Source of the DNA: Desulfobacteraceae bacterium
GTDB taxonomy: Bacteria > Desulfobacterota > Desulfobacteria > Desulfobacterales > Desulfosarcinaceae
DNA: 64,000 nt
Assembly (NCBI GenBank): GCA_050305555.1
Contig: JBNLFN010000052.1
Location: 15,207 to 79,206, forward strand
Direction: 5' to 3'
Under the pieces are notes generated by a model. It saw nothing but the letters and a program-made list of their open reading frames with translations. It was not told where the DNA came from and made no database searches. The position numbers and the translations under genes are program-made. Shown here piece by piece: positions 28,621 to 37,297 of this stretch (positions are counted from its first letter, which is position 1; each line of letters starts with the position of its first letter).

Positions 28621-28977
28621 CTAGCGTTGGACGTCCCGGAATCTTGTGTCGATGGCGCTAATGCGTTCAATTCGGATGAGGGCATCAAAATAATCTTTTC
28701 TATCTAATTTTTCCAGATGCATTAAGTGGTTGCCGACGGCCTTAACATAACCGACAAAGGTTGCCCCTGAATCAACGGCTACATATACTTTTTTGCCGAT
28801 AAGCGATTTTAAGTTATCCGCCATGGAGGAATTCACATTATAGCCAATGCCTTCAATGAGAACGACTTTTGCCTTTGCCTCCGCATTCGTTGGTTGAATA
28901 GATATTGTCGCGCCAAACAAAATAGCCAAGACGAATCCCACAGTGCCAACCATTTTTAATGTTTTCATCATAATCAA
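28621..28977 (-). CDS. small secreted protein, unknown function
   Basis: Signal peptide MKTLKMVGTVGFVLAILFGATISIQPTNAEA. No recognised domain. Confidence 0.45.
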   Translation of the reverse strand: MIMMKTLKMVGTVGFVLAILFGATISIQPTNAEAKAKVVLIEGIGYNVNSSMADNLKSLIGKKVYVAVDSGATFVGYVKAVGNHLMHLEKLDRKDYFDALIRIERISAIDTRFRDVQR

Positions 28978-29072
28978 TCTCCATTCTATTATTAGTCATA
29001 TGATTCATAGCAGTAAAAAAAATAAATTTCAATTTTGATAGACATGCCATATCTTCCTGATGCCCATCAAAA

Positions 29073-30104
29073 TCATTGCGGGGTTATTCTCTGCGCTTTG
29101 TAAAACCCCAAGTTTCGTAATTTCTTAATGTCAAGCTGTACATTATCGAGTTTCATCTGCCATACGATTTCGTTTTCTTTAGTAACTTCAACTATCTTAG
29201 TTGTGCCCGTAATCAAAGTGTTGCCATTGGGGAGCCTATCCGCATCTCTTACAGGCGCCGCGGTGCGTTCAAAACCGAATGATTTCCAAACAATTTCATT
29301 CGTCCTAGGGTCAATCTCTATGGCTCGATGAGGACGACGGTGATTGGCCACAAGAATATTTCCATTGGGCAGCAACTCCGGGTCATGTTGATAACTAAAT
29401 ATTCCTTCTCCAACAGTTCGAACAACGGTCCCTTTGGGGTCAACTTCAATCAGAAAGTTGAAATTCCTTGGGCTGATCAGCGTGTTGCCATTGGTTAACC
29501 TGCTTACGGCATTGGTATGCGTCCAGCCTTCGCGAAAAATATCCTTATAAGGCAACTTGTAAAAGTGGGCTTTTGCATACCACGCCCAAACCATCTTTCC
29601 TTCTCTATTTATTTCCTTCACCTGGGCATCATCTTTCTTGTCCAAGCCACCGAATACTACAAGCGTATTGCCATTAGGCAGTCGATCTGCGTCATGGGAG
29701 ACTTTTTTGTCCAAGTACGACCATACGATATCCCCATTGCGATTAATTTCATATACGCCATGGAGCGGTAATACAAAAAGTATGTTATTGTTCGGCAACC
29801 ATTCAACGTCAAAACCGGGATTCGTGTATCTCCTCAAATGCCGTGGAAGCGCATATTCCCAAACGATGCGCCCTTGCATATCCACCTCTATTATTCTCGG
29901 CCTTTCAAACTTGTGGTTATCGGCCAACAAGGTCGTGCCGGGCCATACTTTATTCGGAACATAAATATCCACATGAATATCCGGTGCGGATTGATGCTCT
30001 TTGTAGGTAATCGCGTTGCTTCTGACAGACCCGCCGCATCCGCTAATAATTACACCGGCAATCACAATTGCAAACAATGGAAAAAAAGTCGAAAAGGATT
30101 TCAT
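29073..30104 (-). CDS. lipoprotein, beta-propeller with repeated (R)LPNGNTL motif (arylsulfotransferase-like)
   Basis: Lipobox VIISGCGG after MKSFSTFFPLFAIVIAG. Repeats: LPNNNILF, RLPNGNTLVV, RLTNGNTLIS, LLPNGNILVA, RLPNGNTLIT. Confidence 0.55.
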   Translation of the reverse strand: MKSFSTFFPLFAIVIAGVIISGCGGSVRSNAITYKEHQSAPDIHVDIYVPNKVWPGTTLLADNHKFERPRIIEVDMQGRIVWEYALPRHLRRYTNPGFDVEWLPNNNILFVLPLHGVYEINRNGDIVWSYLDKKVSHDADRLPNGNTLVVFGGLDKKDDAQVKEINREGKMVWAWYAKAHFYKLPYKDIFREGWTHTNAVSRLTNGNTLISPRNFNFLIEVDPKGTVVRTVGEGIFSYQHDPELLPNGNILVANHRRPHRAIEIDPRTNEIVWKSFGFERTAAPVRDADRLPNGNTLITGTTKIVEVTKENEIVWQMKLDNVQLDIKKLRNLGFYKAQRITPQ

Positions 30105-30246
30105 TTTCTGACCAAATATGTTGCTATTTTTTTGGCAACAACGCTTGAGTTCGCCTGCATTTTGTGGCAGCACATGGAGCAGGGCACGCTTTACACTATT
30201 CAATAACCCAAATCAGATGGTATGTAGAGCTGACCCCTTTTATGAT

Positions 30247-31071
30247 TTATATTGTTTGTCGTTCAATGAACCAATCTATCAACTGTCGGGCGATACTTAT
30301 TTTTCTCGGGATTCGCGGCAGTTCAGAAACGGAAAACCACCCGGCCTCCGCAATTTCATCATTGTCGATAGAAATCTCACCGCTTTTATATTCCGCCGTA
30401 AATCCAACCATTAAAGAATCAGGAAATGGCCATGACTGACTACCAAAATACTGGATATTTTTGACTTCAATGCTTACCTCTTCACGAATTTCTCGCCTGA
30501 TGCATTCTTCAAAACTCTCACCTGGTTCAACAAATCCCGCTAATACACTATACATGTCATCAGGTTTAAAGCGTTCCGATCGAGCCAGTAAAAGCTTTTC
30601 ATCACGCGTAATTGCAACAATAATTGCAGGTGACTGTCGTGGATAGCTAACAAGATTACATGTCCGGCATATTTTTGCCCGCTCATTCTCCATATTGGTT
30701 GTTTTCGAACCGCATCGTCCACAAAATTGAAAATCTCTATCCCATGCAACAATTTGAATCGCATAAAATGCAATGTGTAGCATATCTGAATTAATCATCG
30801 GATATATGCCGAAAAGATTTAAAAAGTCCATATCTTTTGGCAATGTGATTCCATCTGTCACTTCTGCAGAAAAACAACTAGTACCATTGTATCTTCCTAT
30901 GTATTGTGTTCGAGCACATGAAATTCCCACCAGATCAGGTGCTTCAAATCGAGGAATCGAATATTTGTTTATATCCCTATACCAAACTAGTAATTTGGTT
31001 CCAAAAAAAACGAACCAATAGGGGTTGCCTGTTGGTTTTGAAGGCAGGCGTAACTCTTTTACAAATGTCAC
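30247..31071 (-). CDS. nudC: NAD(+) diphosphatase (Nudix, zinc-ribbon type)
   Basis: FCGRCGSKT...KICRTCN zinc ribbon followed by the Nudix box GFVEPGESFEECIRREIREEVSIEV. Confidence 0.8.
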   Translation of the reverse strand: MTFVKELRLPSKPTGNPYWFVFFGTKLLVWYRDINKYSIPRFEAPDLVGISCARTQYIGRYNGTSCFSAEVTDGITLPKDMDFLNLFGIYPMINSDMLHIAFYAIQIVAWDRDFQFCGRCGSKTTNMENERAKICRTCNLVSYPRQSPAIIVAITRDEKLLLARSERFKPDDMYSVLAGFVEPGESFEECIRREIREEVSIEVKNIQYFGSQSWPFPDSLMVGFTAEYKSGEISIDNDEIAEAGWFSVSELPRIPRKISIARQLIDWFIERQTI

Positions 31072-31106
31072 TTCTAATATCCTGAAATATTTTTCTGAGA
31101 TAGCTT

Positions 31107-32744
31107 TTAATCGGTGGATCGAACCTGTGCCCGGGCCACCTGTCTTTTATACATGCCTTCAGTCAGATACAGAAAGAATCGCGGCAGCAAGCGGGTTGAC
31201 AGGCCGGTGGGTTTGTCGATGAGCTCAAACAGCCAGTTGAGCAGTTTCACCGGAGGTGTGGCGATGATGGCCAATACCCGTAATACCTGTCGGACCCATG
31301 GGAGCACCACAATCTTTTTGGTTAATCGGAGCATCCACGGGAAAATCCGGGTTTTTTCCAGCCAGCTGTGTTGGGTCATGGTCTCCAGGGCGCAGCAGAA
31401 CAGATAGGTCGGATCGAGAAACATGCCGCGGTGGCGGTAGAGTTTTAAAAGAGAGAGCAAAATCCGAAACGGTGTGCGTTGGCCGAATTTGACGCTGTAT
31501 TTGATGCGTTCCAGCTCTTTGCCGGTGATCATCTCCATGCCGGGCCTGAAGTTGCCGTCCTCGTCATAAATAGCACGATGGATGTCGGAATCTTCGGGAA
31601 ATCCCATCCGGTTGGTGACGATGGTATCGGCATTCCATTTGCGGCCGAACCAGAGCATGTCCATCATATCGGCTTCGGTTTCACCGGGGGAGCCGAAGAT
31701 AAAGTTGCAGACCAGCAAAATGTTGGTTTTGTTCATCAGGCGCATGGCCTTTTCAATGGATGCGACGCTCTGACCCTTGCCGTAAAATTTTAAGGTTTTG
31801 GGATTCAGAGACTCTACGCCAAAACTGAGCGCCAGAAAGCCGGCTTTTTCCAGCCTGTTAAGCACATCCTCGCCGTTTTTTTCCACATAGCGGTTGACGT
31901 GATCGATGCGTCCGGTGCCGCCGAACAGTTTCTGGATGTTGTTTGCGATGAGCATGCGGGAAAGTTCATCCAACGCCTTCATGCCGGCGGTCATATCATC
32001 GTCCACCCACCCCACAATGGGGGCTTCGATCTGTTGCATCTCATTGAAAAGGCTTTGGGCCGAGCGTCCCTGCCAGCGCCGGAACGAGCCGTCGAAATCC
32101 TTGCCGTACTGATAGCAGAAATTGCACTGATAGTTGCACCCGATGCCGGCCCGCACCAGGTCGATGGGAATGCCGATGGCGTGGTATTTATATTTGGGAT
32201 TACGCGCGCTGCGGACGGGAAAGATATCCTCGGGCAGGGGGTGAATGATGCGGTGGGTTTTGATGAGTTGGTCGTTTTTTCGGTAGGCGATGTTGGTGAC
32301 GGCTTCAAAATCTTCGCTGTCCAACAACTCCATGATACAGGTTTCCGGATTCTCCAGGATGATGACATCCACTTTGGGATAGAGTTCAAAGGCTTTTTCA
32401 GGATCGTTAAAATTGGTGCCCCCGGCCACAATTGGCGTGTGGGCGGGGATTTGCTCCAACACTTCATTGATCACATGGATCTTTTGTTTGACGAAGATAG
32501 AGCAGTCTTCAAAATGGCCGTAAAGACAGACCAGATCGGCGTTTTCCAGTTGGTCCCGAATGTCGATCTCAAAGCGCATGTCCAGCAATACCGCATTTCT
32601 GCCGGTGGCCAGTATGCCGGCTTGCAGGTATTCAGCCGCCACCGGCGGCATGGCATTGTGCGGATTGACATATGTAAAGGGAAAAACAACCACCACATTT
32701 TGGATGGTGTCTTTCTTTTTTTCCAGAAACGAGATGGTGTCCAT
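31107..32744 (-). CDS. B12-binding-domain radical SAM protein with hydrophobic C-terminal tail
   Basis: N-terminal Rossmann-like B12-binding region, GIGCNYQCNFCYQ (CxxxCxxC), and GGAGG before the ATG at 32744. Confidence 0.75.
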   Translation of the reverse strand: MDTISFLEKKKDTIQNVVVVFPFTYVNPHNAMPPVAAEYLQAGILATGRNAVLLDMRFEIDIRDQLENADLVCLYGHFEDCSIFVKQKIHVINEVLEQIPAHTPIVAGGTNFNDPEKAFELYPKVDVIILENPETCIMELLDSEDFEAVTNIAYRKNDQLIKTHRIIHPLPEDIFPVRSARNPKYKYHAIGIPIDLVRAGIGCNYQCNFCYQYGKDFDGSFRRWQGRSAQSLFNEMQQIEAPIVGWVDDDMTAGMKALDELSRMLIANNIQKLFGGTGRIDHVNRYVEKNGEDVLNRLEKAGFLALSFGVESLNPKTLKFYGKGQSVASIEKAMRLMNKTNILLVCNFIFGSPGETEADMMDMLWFGRKWNADTIVTNRMGFPEDSDIHRAIYDEDGNFRPGMEMITGKELERIKYSVKFGQRTPFRILLSLLKLYRHRGMFLDPTYLFCCALETMTQHSWLEKTRIFPWMLRLTKKIVVLPWVRQVLRVLAIIATPPVKLLNWLFELIDKPTGLSTRLLPRFFLYLTEGMYKRQVARAQVRSTD

Positions 32745-33060
32745 GGTGCCTCCAAGCAAGCCGTGGGTCAGTTCCGCCAATGGTCTTGGTAAAGGGAGTG
32801 AAAACGGTTGTGGCCCCGGATTGACGTGGGTCAGAGTATGCCAATATGGCAGTGTAATGTCAACAACTCGCATCGCCGAAGGGCTCGGGGGACGAACACA
32901 TCGTCTCGGTTGCCGGGATAGCTCAGATTCAGACGCGTTCCTATAGAGTTCAAGATCAAAGCTTGCGGTATTTTAAATTGCGATGCGTACTGTGCGCACA
33001 ACCCAGCGATTCAATATACCGCGCAATGGTGATGCTGGGCTTTATACGAACGCGTCCGTT

Positions 33061-34431
33061 TTACCCATGGATCTCCCGCTTCAGATCAATTCCGTGTTTT
33101 TTAATGCGTTTCCAGACGGTTACCCTGCTGACACCCAAGATCCGGCCAGTCTCCGATTGGTTGCCATTGGTTTGTCTCAAGGCGTTTAAGAGGGCTTCTC
33201 TTTCGGATGGACCGCTTTTGGCAGCCTTTGCTCGGTGTGGTTTTTTGGGTGTTTTTCCCAGAATTTTAGGTGGCAGGTGCCTGACATCAATGCCGCCGCT
33301 GGGGCACAAGACAAAGGCGTATTCAATGGCGTTGCGCAACTCGCGGACGTTTCCCGGCCAATCATAATGGAGCATCTTTTCCATGGCTTGTGGGGTCAGG
33401 CCCAAAATTTTTTTTCCGGATTTGGTCACATTCTGGCGAATAAAGCCTTGCACAATGGCGGGAATGTCTTCAACGCGGTCGCGCAAAGGGGGACAACTTA
33501 AGGGCACCACATTGATGCGAAAAAAGAGATCTTCGCGAAATTGGCCTTTGGCAATCAGGGATTCGAGGTTTTTATTGGTCGCTGAGACGATGCGCACATT
33601 GACTTTAACGGGTATTTGCTCCCCCACCCGTTCAATCTCTTTCTCTTCCAGTACGCGCAGCAGTTTGACCTGGGTGGATAGGGGGATGTCGCCGACTTCA
33701 TCCAGAAAAATGGTACCCTGGTGCGCAGCTTCAAAGCGCCCCACGCGCGAACGATCCGCGCCGGTATAAGCCCCCTTGGCGTGACCGAACAATTCGCTTT
33801 CCAGTAAATTCTCATTCAAAGCCGCACAATTGACCTTGATATAGGGTTTGTCTTGCCGATCGCCGGCTTCATGAATGGCCCGGGCCACCAATTCTTTGCC
33901 GGTTCCGCTTTCGCCGTGGATCAATACCGGTGCTTCGGTTTGGGCCACATTTTCGATCATTTCAAACAGCGCCTGCATCACCGGAGCTCGGCCTAAAATG
34001 CCGTGATAGCCCTTATCCAGATTAAGTGTCCGGCGTAACAAGTGGATTTCATCCTGCTGCCGCACAAAATCGGACATGTCCTTGAGGGTTTCGACGGCGC
34101 CGATGATCTCGCCTTGTGCATCGTATAAAATGGATGCGTTTTTAATGACCGTGATGGTCCGGTGCTCCTTGTGGACGATGGAACAGCGTTTGGCGCGCAC
34201 GCCGCCAACTTTATAAAGGCCGCACCATTGACGACCGGCCCCCTTACCGATGATGCGGCATCCGGTGCAGTCCAGGATGCGGCACGATTGACCGATCAGC
34301 TCTTGTGCTGAATAGCCGGTCACTTGTTCAGCCGATGGATTGACCGCCACAATTATGCCTTTGGGGTCAACCACCATTACCCCGTCTTGCAACGTGTCAA
34401 CGATGGTCTTCCAATGGGAGGATAGATCCAT
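33061..34431 (-). CDS. sigma-54-dependent transcriptional activator (Cys-rich PAS, AAA+, Fis HTH)
   Basis: PAS (DGVMVVDPKGIIVAVNPSAEQVTGY), AAA+ (GESGTGKELVARAIH, GAFTGA-type GAYTGA, ESELFGH), C-terminal NQSETGRILGVSRVTVWKRIKKHGI. Confidence 0.85.
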   Translation of the reverse strand: MDLSSHWKTIVDTLQDGVMVVDPKGIIVAVNPSAEQVTGYSAQELIGQSCRILDCTGCRIIGKGAGRQWCGLYKVGGVRAKRCSIVHKEHRTITVIKNASILYDAQGEIIGAVETLKDMSDFVRQQDEIHLLRRTLNLDKGYHGILGRAPVMQALFEMIENVAQTEAPVLIHGESGTGKELVARAIHEAGDRQDKPYIKVNCAALNENLLESELFGHAKGAYTGADRSRVGRFEAAHQGTIFLDEVGDIPLSTQVKLLRVLEEKEIERVGEQIPVKVNVRIVSATNKNLESLIAKGQFREDLFFRINVVPLSCPPLRDRVEDIPAIVQGFIRQNVTKSGKKILGLTPQAMEKMLHYDWPGNVRELRNAIEYAFVLCPSGGIDVRHLPPKILGKTPKKPHRAKAAKSGPSEREALLNALRQTNGNQSETGRILGVSRVTVWKRIKKHGIDLKREIHG

Positions 34432-34467
34432 TGCATGCCCTTTTTGCGTAAACGTGTTAATCCTGAA

Positions 34468-34483
34468 GTTAACACCTGTTAAC
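34468..34483. promoter_or_regulatory. candidate activator binding site (UAS) GTTAACACCTGTTAAC
   Basis: Lies about 90 nt upstream of the sigma-54 promoter at 34569. It is 15/16 identical to 35463..35478, and additional GTTAA(T/C) copies are adjacent. Confidence 0.45.
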
Positions 34484-34568
34484 ATAACAATGCCCCGCCC
34501 AACAGGCAAGTGTTTTTCATAAAAACTAGTTTATTCATAATTACAGTTAGATATTAATTATTTTCGGT

Positions 34569-34584
34569 TGGCATACGGGTTGCT
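34569..34584 (+). promoter_or_regulatory. sigma-54 promoter
   Basis: TGGCAT-ACGGG-TTGCT with correct spacing, divergent from the activator gene. Confidence 0.65.
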
Positions 34585-34626
34585 CTCTAACGCATGAAAC
34601 CGGAAAAATGCATTGAAACATATGAT

Positions 34627-34920
34627 ATGAATCGCCAGAGCACACAAACAATCGCCATTTTGGTAAAGCATCCGCATCGATTGACAGATGCCAGACGCTG
34701 TGCCGATCATTTCACTGCGCTGGGGGGCAAGGTATGCTTTTTCTGTTTGTGTCCATCGACACACCAGAATCCGCATTGGAACCTCCGGCCCCTGCTGGAA
34801 AGCCGGGCCGAATGCTACACAAACCACAGATTCCTGGCGGATCGATATGATCTGGCGTGTCTCTCTTTGTTCGCATTGGGAAAACGCCTTAAGGCAGCGG
34901 AATGGGTGATCCCCTTCTAA
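34627..34920 (+). CDS. DsrE/DsrF-like sulfur-relay family protein
   Basis: QTIAILVKHP...GGKVCFFCL...AECYTNHRFLADRY...AEWVIPF follows the DsrE/F/H fold pattern. The track start at 34594 would coincide with the predicted transcription start, so I chose the ATG at 34627. Confidence 0.5.
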   Translation: MNRQSTQTIAILVKHPHRLTDARRCADHFTALGGKVCFFCLCPSTHQNPHWNLRPLLESRAECYTNHRFLADRYDLACLSLFALGKRLKAAEWVIPF

Positions 34921-34929
34921 CGAGGGCCG

Positions 34930-35121
34930 ATGTCCAAAACACTTCATATATTGCGCAGTGAACCGGATGAAATGGTTTTCGACCTGGTGGCCGCTTTAGC
35001 AGATGAAGATGGTGCCACGGTTGTTTGTCTTTATGACGACCGTGTCTCAAAAGTACCGGTGGATTGGGACCGGCTGTTGGACGATATTTTTTCCCACACA
35101 CGGGTTATCTGCTGGTGGTGA
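34930..35121 (+). CDS. short DsrH/TusB-like protein
   Basis: MSKTLHILRSEPDEMVFDLV...ATVVCLYDDRV...VICWW. 63 aa, 9 nt after the previous stop and 2 nt before the next start. Confidence 0.4.
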   Translation: MSKTLHILRSEPDEMVFDLVAALADEDGATVVCLYDDRVSKVPVDWDRLLDDIFSHTRVICWW

Positions 35122-35123
35122 CC

Positions 35124-35429
35124 ATGTCCAAGATGCTGGGCATACTCATAATCTCAGCGCGCCATGGTGCGCATCTAAAGACCATCGCGCCGACGGCCAG
35201 GCGCAAAGGAATCCTTCTGCAGGTTCATATCAGCGGTGCGGGAGTGAAGCTATGCCTCCAGAAGCGGTTTCAAGCGGTCCTCGCCCTCGCCCAAGTGACC
35301 ATCTGCCATATGAGTGCGCAGCGTTTGGGTATTGCGGATCAAATCAAAACCCAATGCCCCGGCATGCTCACATCGGACCAGCGTCCGCCTCTGCCGTTCA
35401 ATCGATGCCCCAAGCGCATTGTCCTTTAA
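35124..35429 (+). CDS. DsrE-like protein with conserved Cys
   Basis: MSKMLGILIISARHG...GILLQVHISGAGVKL...VTICHMSAQRLGI (Cys in the DsrE/TusD active-site position)...KRIVL. Confidence 0.5.
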   Translation: MSKMLGILIISARHGAHLKTIAPTARRKGILLQVHISGAGVKLCLQKRFQAVLALAQVTICHMSAQRLGIADQIKTQCPGMLTSDQRPPLPFNRCPKRIVL

Positions 35430-35462
35430 CCCCGCCTATTGAAAAAAGAGATACATGAGGGT

Positions 35463-35478
35463 GTTAGCACCTGTTAAC
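35463..35478. promoter_or_regulatory. candidate activator binding site (UAS) GTTAGCACCTGTTAAC
   Basis: About 120 nt upstream of the sigma-54 promoter at 35597 and 15/16 identical to 34468..34483. GTTAAT follows at 35485. Confidence 0.45.
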
Positions 35479-35596
35479 CTAATTGTTAATCTTATGGGGG
35501 TGAAAGGTGTTGTGCGATGTCCATTGAAATCTGTTCAAAAACAGAATGTACTTATAAAACGGAATGTTAATTTCGTATACACAGCTTGCCGGCATT

Positions 35597-35612
35597 TGGC
35601 ATATGGGTTGCA
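35597..35612 (+). promoter_or_regulatory. sigma-54 promoter
   Basis: TGGCAT-ATGGG-TTGCA, 14/16 identical to the promoter at 34569 and 67 nt upstream of the ATG at 35679. Confidence 0.65.
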
Positions 35613-35678
35613 ATTAAGCGGGTATGTTAGCTGATAATTTTAAAAACCATATAACTGAGAACCTTTAAGGAGTAAATC

Positions 35679-36023
35679 ATGATCAAAAGAACCCTCATCA
35701 TCTTTTTCTCACTACTATTGGCGGTCTGCTTTGTCAGTGTTGCCGGTGCCGGTGAGACCGGGAACAAACGCAAAGGCAAGTATACCTACCGCAAAGTGTA
35801 CAAGGCCTGTTCTGAGCGCGGTGCCGTGGAATCTAAAACCCCGCCCATCAGCCCCAGTGATAAAACCATGGATCAATGGACCCGGGTTTTTGCCAAGAAA
35901 GATTTTGCCCAATTCGGGTGTGCTGAGGAGTGGGCTCAGCTGAGCGATGAAGATTTACAGGATATATACGCCTACCTGCATGCGCATGGAGCGGATTCGC
36001 CCACACCGGCGAAATGCAAATAA
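35679..36023 (+). CDS. secreted 114-aa protein (possibly haem-less cytochrome-c-like)
   Basis: Signal peptide; KGKYTYRKVYKACSERG sits where related small cytochromes carry CxxCH; ends DSPTPAKCK. No CxxCH present. AAGGAG RBS. Confidence 0.5.
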   Translation: MIKRTLIIFFSLLLAVCFVSVAGAGETGNKRKGKYTYRKVYKACSERGAVESKTPPISPSDKTMDQWTRVFAKKDFAQFGCAEEWAQLSDEDLQDIYAYLHAHGADSPTPAKCK

Positions 36024-36079
36024 CGCAAGACACCATGCCATTGATCTTTATCGTAGCCAAATTTTAAAAGGAGATTCCC

Positions 36080-37195
36080 ATGCAAGCAAAACGGATCTTT
36101 GCCGCTCTGATGGTATTCGCCGTTGTGGCTGTTTTTATGGCGGGTTGTTCGACGACGGCATCCGCACCGCAGCCAACGGTCCAGCCCGACTGGCGTTTTC
36201 ACGACATTGTCGATGTCGGCTTTGTGGCGCAATACGCCAAAGTGCCGCTGGCGGAAGATGTGATGATTATTGACGCCCGCCCCAAACGGGCCAAATTCGA
36301 CAAAGGTCATATTCCAATGGCCGTGAGTATTCCGGACAGCCGGTTTGACAAAATGACGGACAAGCTGCCCAAAGACAAGCATGCCCTGTTGATATACTAT
36401 TGTGGCGGCCTGAAATGCAAATTGAGCCATAAATCAGCGCGCAAGGCCGAAAAGCTGGGCTACAAAAACGTTAAAGTGTTTGCCAAGGGCTTCCCGGGGT
36501 GGATGAAAGTCAAAGGTCATTATGCGTCGGTGTCCGTTGATTATATGAAAAAGCAGATCGACGCGAAAGCCGACATGGTAATCATTGATGCGCGTCCCAA
36601 GCGCAAAAAATACGACAAAGGCCACCTGCCCGGGGCCATTTCCATTCCGAATTCTCAATTTGACAAGTTCAAAGCGCAACTTCCCCAAGATAAAAACAAA
36701 CCGCTGGTGTTTTACTGCGGTGGCTTTAAGTGCAAGCTCAGCCATAAGTCAGCCGCCAAAGCCATTGCCATGGGCTATACCAACGTGAAGGTTTTTAGTG
36801 CCGGTTACCCGGCTTGGAAAAGAGTGGTGGCCAGTGCGACACCTGTCAAGGTTAAAGCCGGCCGGGAAGAAGGCAGCATCGATATAGAAGTATTTAAAAG
36901 CATCATGGCCAAGAATCCCAAAAGTATTATGCTCATCGATGTTCGCGACAAAGATGAGTTTGAAACCGGTAGCCTGAAAACCGCCGTTAATATTCCAGTG
37001 GATGATTTGGAGGAAAAAATAAAGACCCTGCCTGAAAGTAAACCGGTGGTCTTTATTTGCGGCACCGGTGCTCGCAGTGGTGAATCCTTTTATATGGTAC
37101 AGGATATACGTCCCGGGATGAAAAACGTTTACTACCTGGATGCTGAAATGACCATACACAAGGACGGCAGTTTTGAGCTTAACAAACCGCTGTAA
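36080..37195 (+). CDS. lipoprotein with three rhodanese domains
   Basis: Lipobox FMAGCS. Two repeats IIDARPKR..KGHIP.A.SIP...YCGG(L/F)KCKLSHKSA..A...GY.NVKVF..G.P.W, plus a third domain ending FICGTGARSGESF. Confidence 0.8.
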   Translation: MQAKRIFAALMVFAVVAVFMAGCSTTASAPQPTVQPDWRFHDIVDVGFVAQYAKVPLAEDVMIIDARPKRAKFDKGHIPMAVSIPDSRFDKMTDKLPKDKHALLIYYCGGLKCKLSHKSARKAEKLGYKNVKVFAKGFPGWMKVKGHYASVSVDYMKKQIDAKADMVIIDARPKRKKYDKGHLPGAISIPNSQFDKFKAQLPQDKNKPLVFYCGGFKCKLSHKSAAKAIAMGYTNVKVFSAGYPAWKRVVASATPVKVKAGREEGSIDIEVFKSIMAKNPKSIMLIDVRDKDEFETGSLKTAVNIPVDDLEEKIKTLPESKPVVFICGTGARSGESFYMVQDIRPGMKNVYYLDAEMTIHKDGSFELNKPL

Positions 37196-37297
37196 GGCGC
37201 TCGTTTTTTGGGTGCGGCGCACAAAATAACTAGGCTCCGGCGGCCCTGGGGCTTGCCGCACCCGTTAACACTTTTTTCGCGTTTAGGAAAAGCACAA

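Noticed and set aside
31899-32792. 297-aa ORF on the plus strand
   Set aside because: Antisense to the B12-radical SAM gene, which has clear CxxxCxxC and RBS support.
34432-34509. N-terminal extension of the PAS activator ORF
   Set aside because: It overlaps the GTTAAC-type UAS repeats. The conserved PAS sequence starts after the Met at 34431.
35003-35458. 151-aa plus-strand ORF
   Set aside because: It is out of frame with, and overlaps, the two DsrE/H-like ORFs, which have family-like N- and C-termini and tight start/stop coupling.
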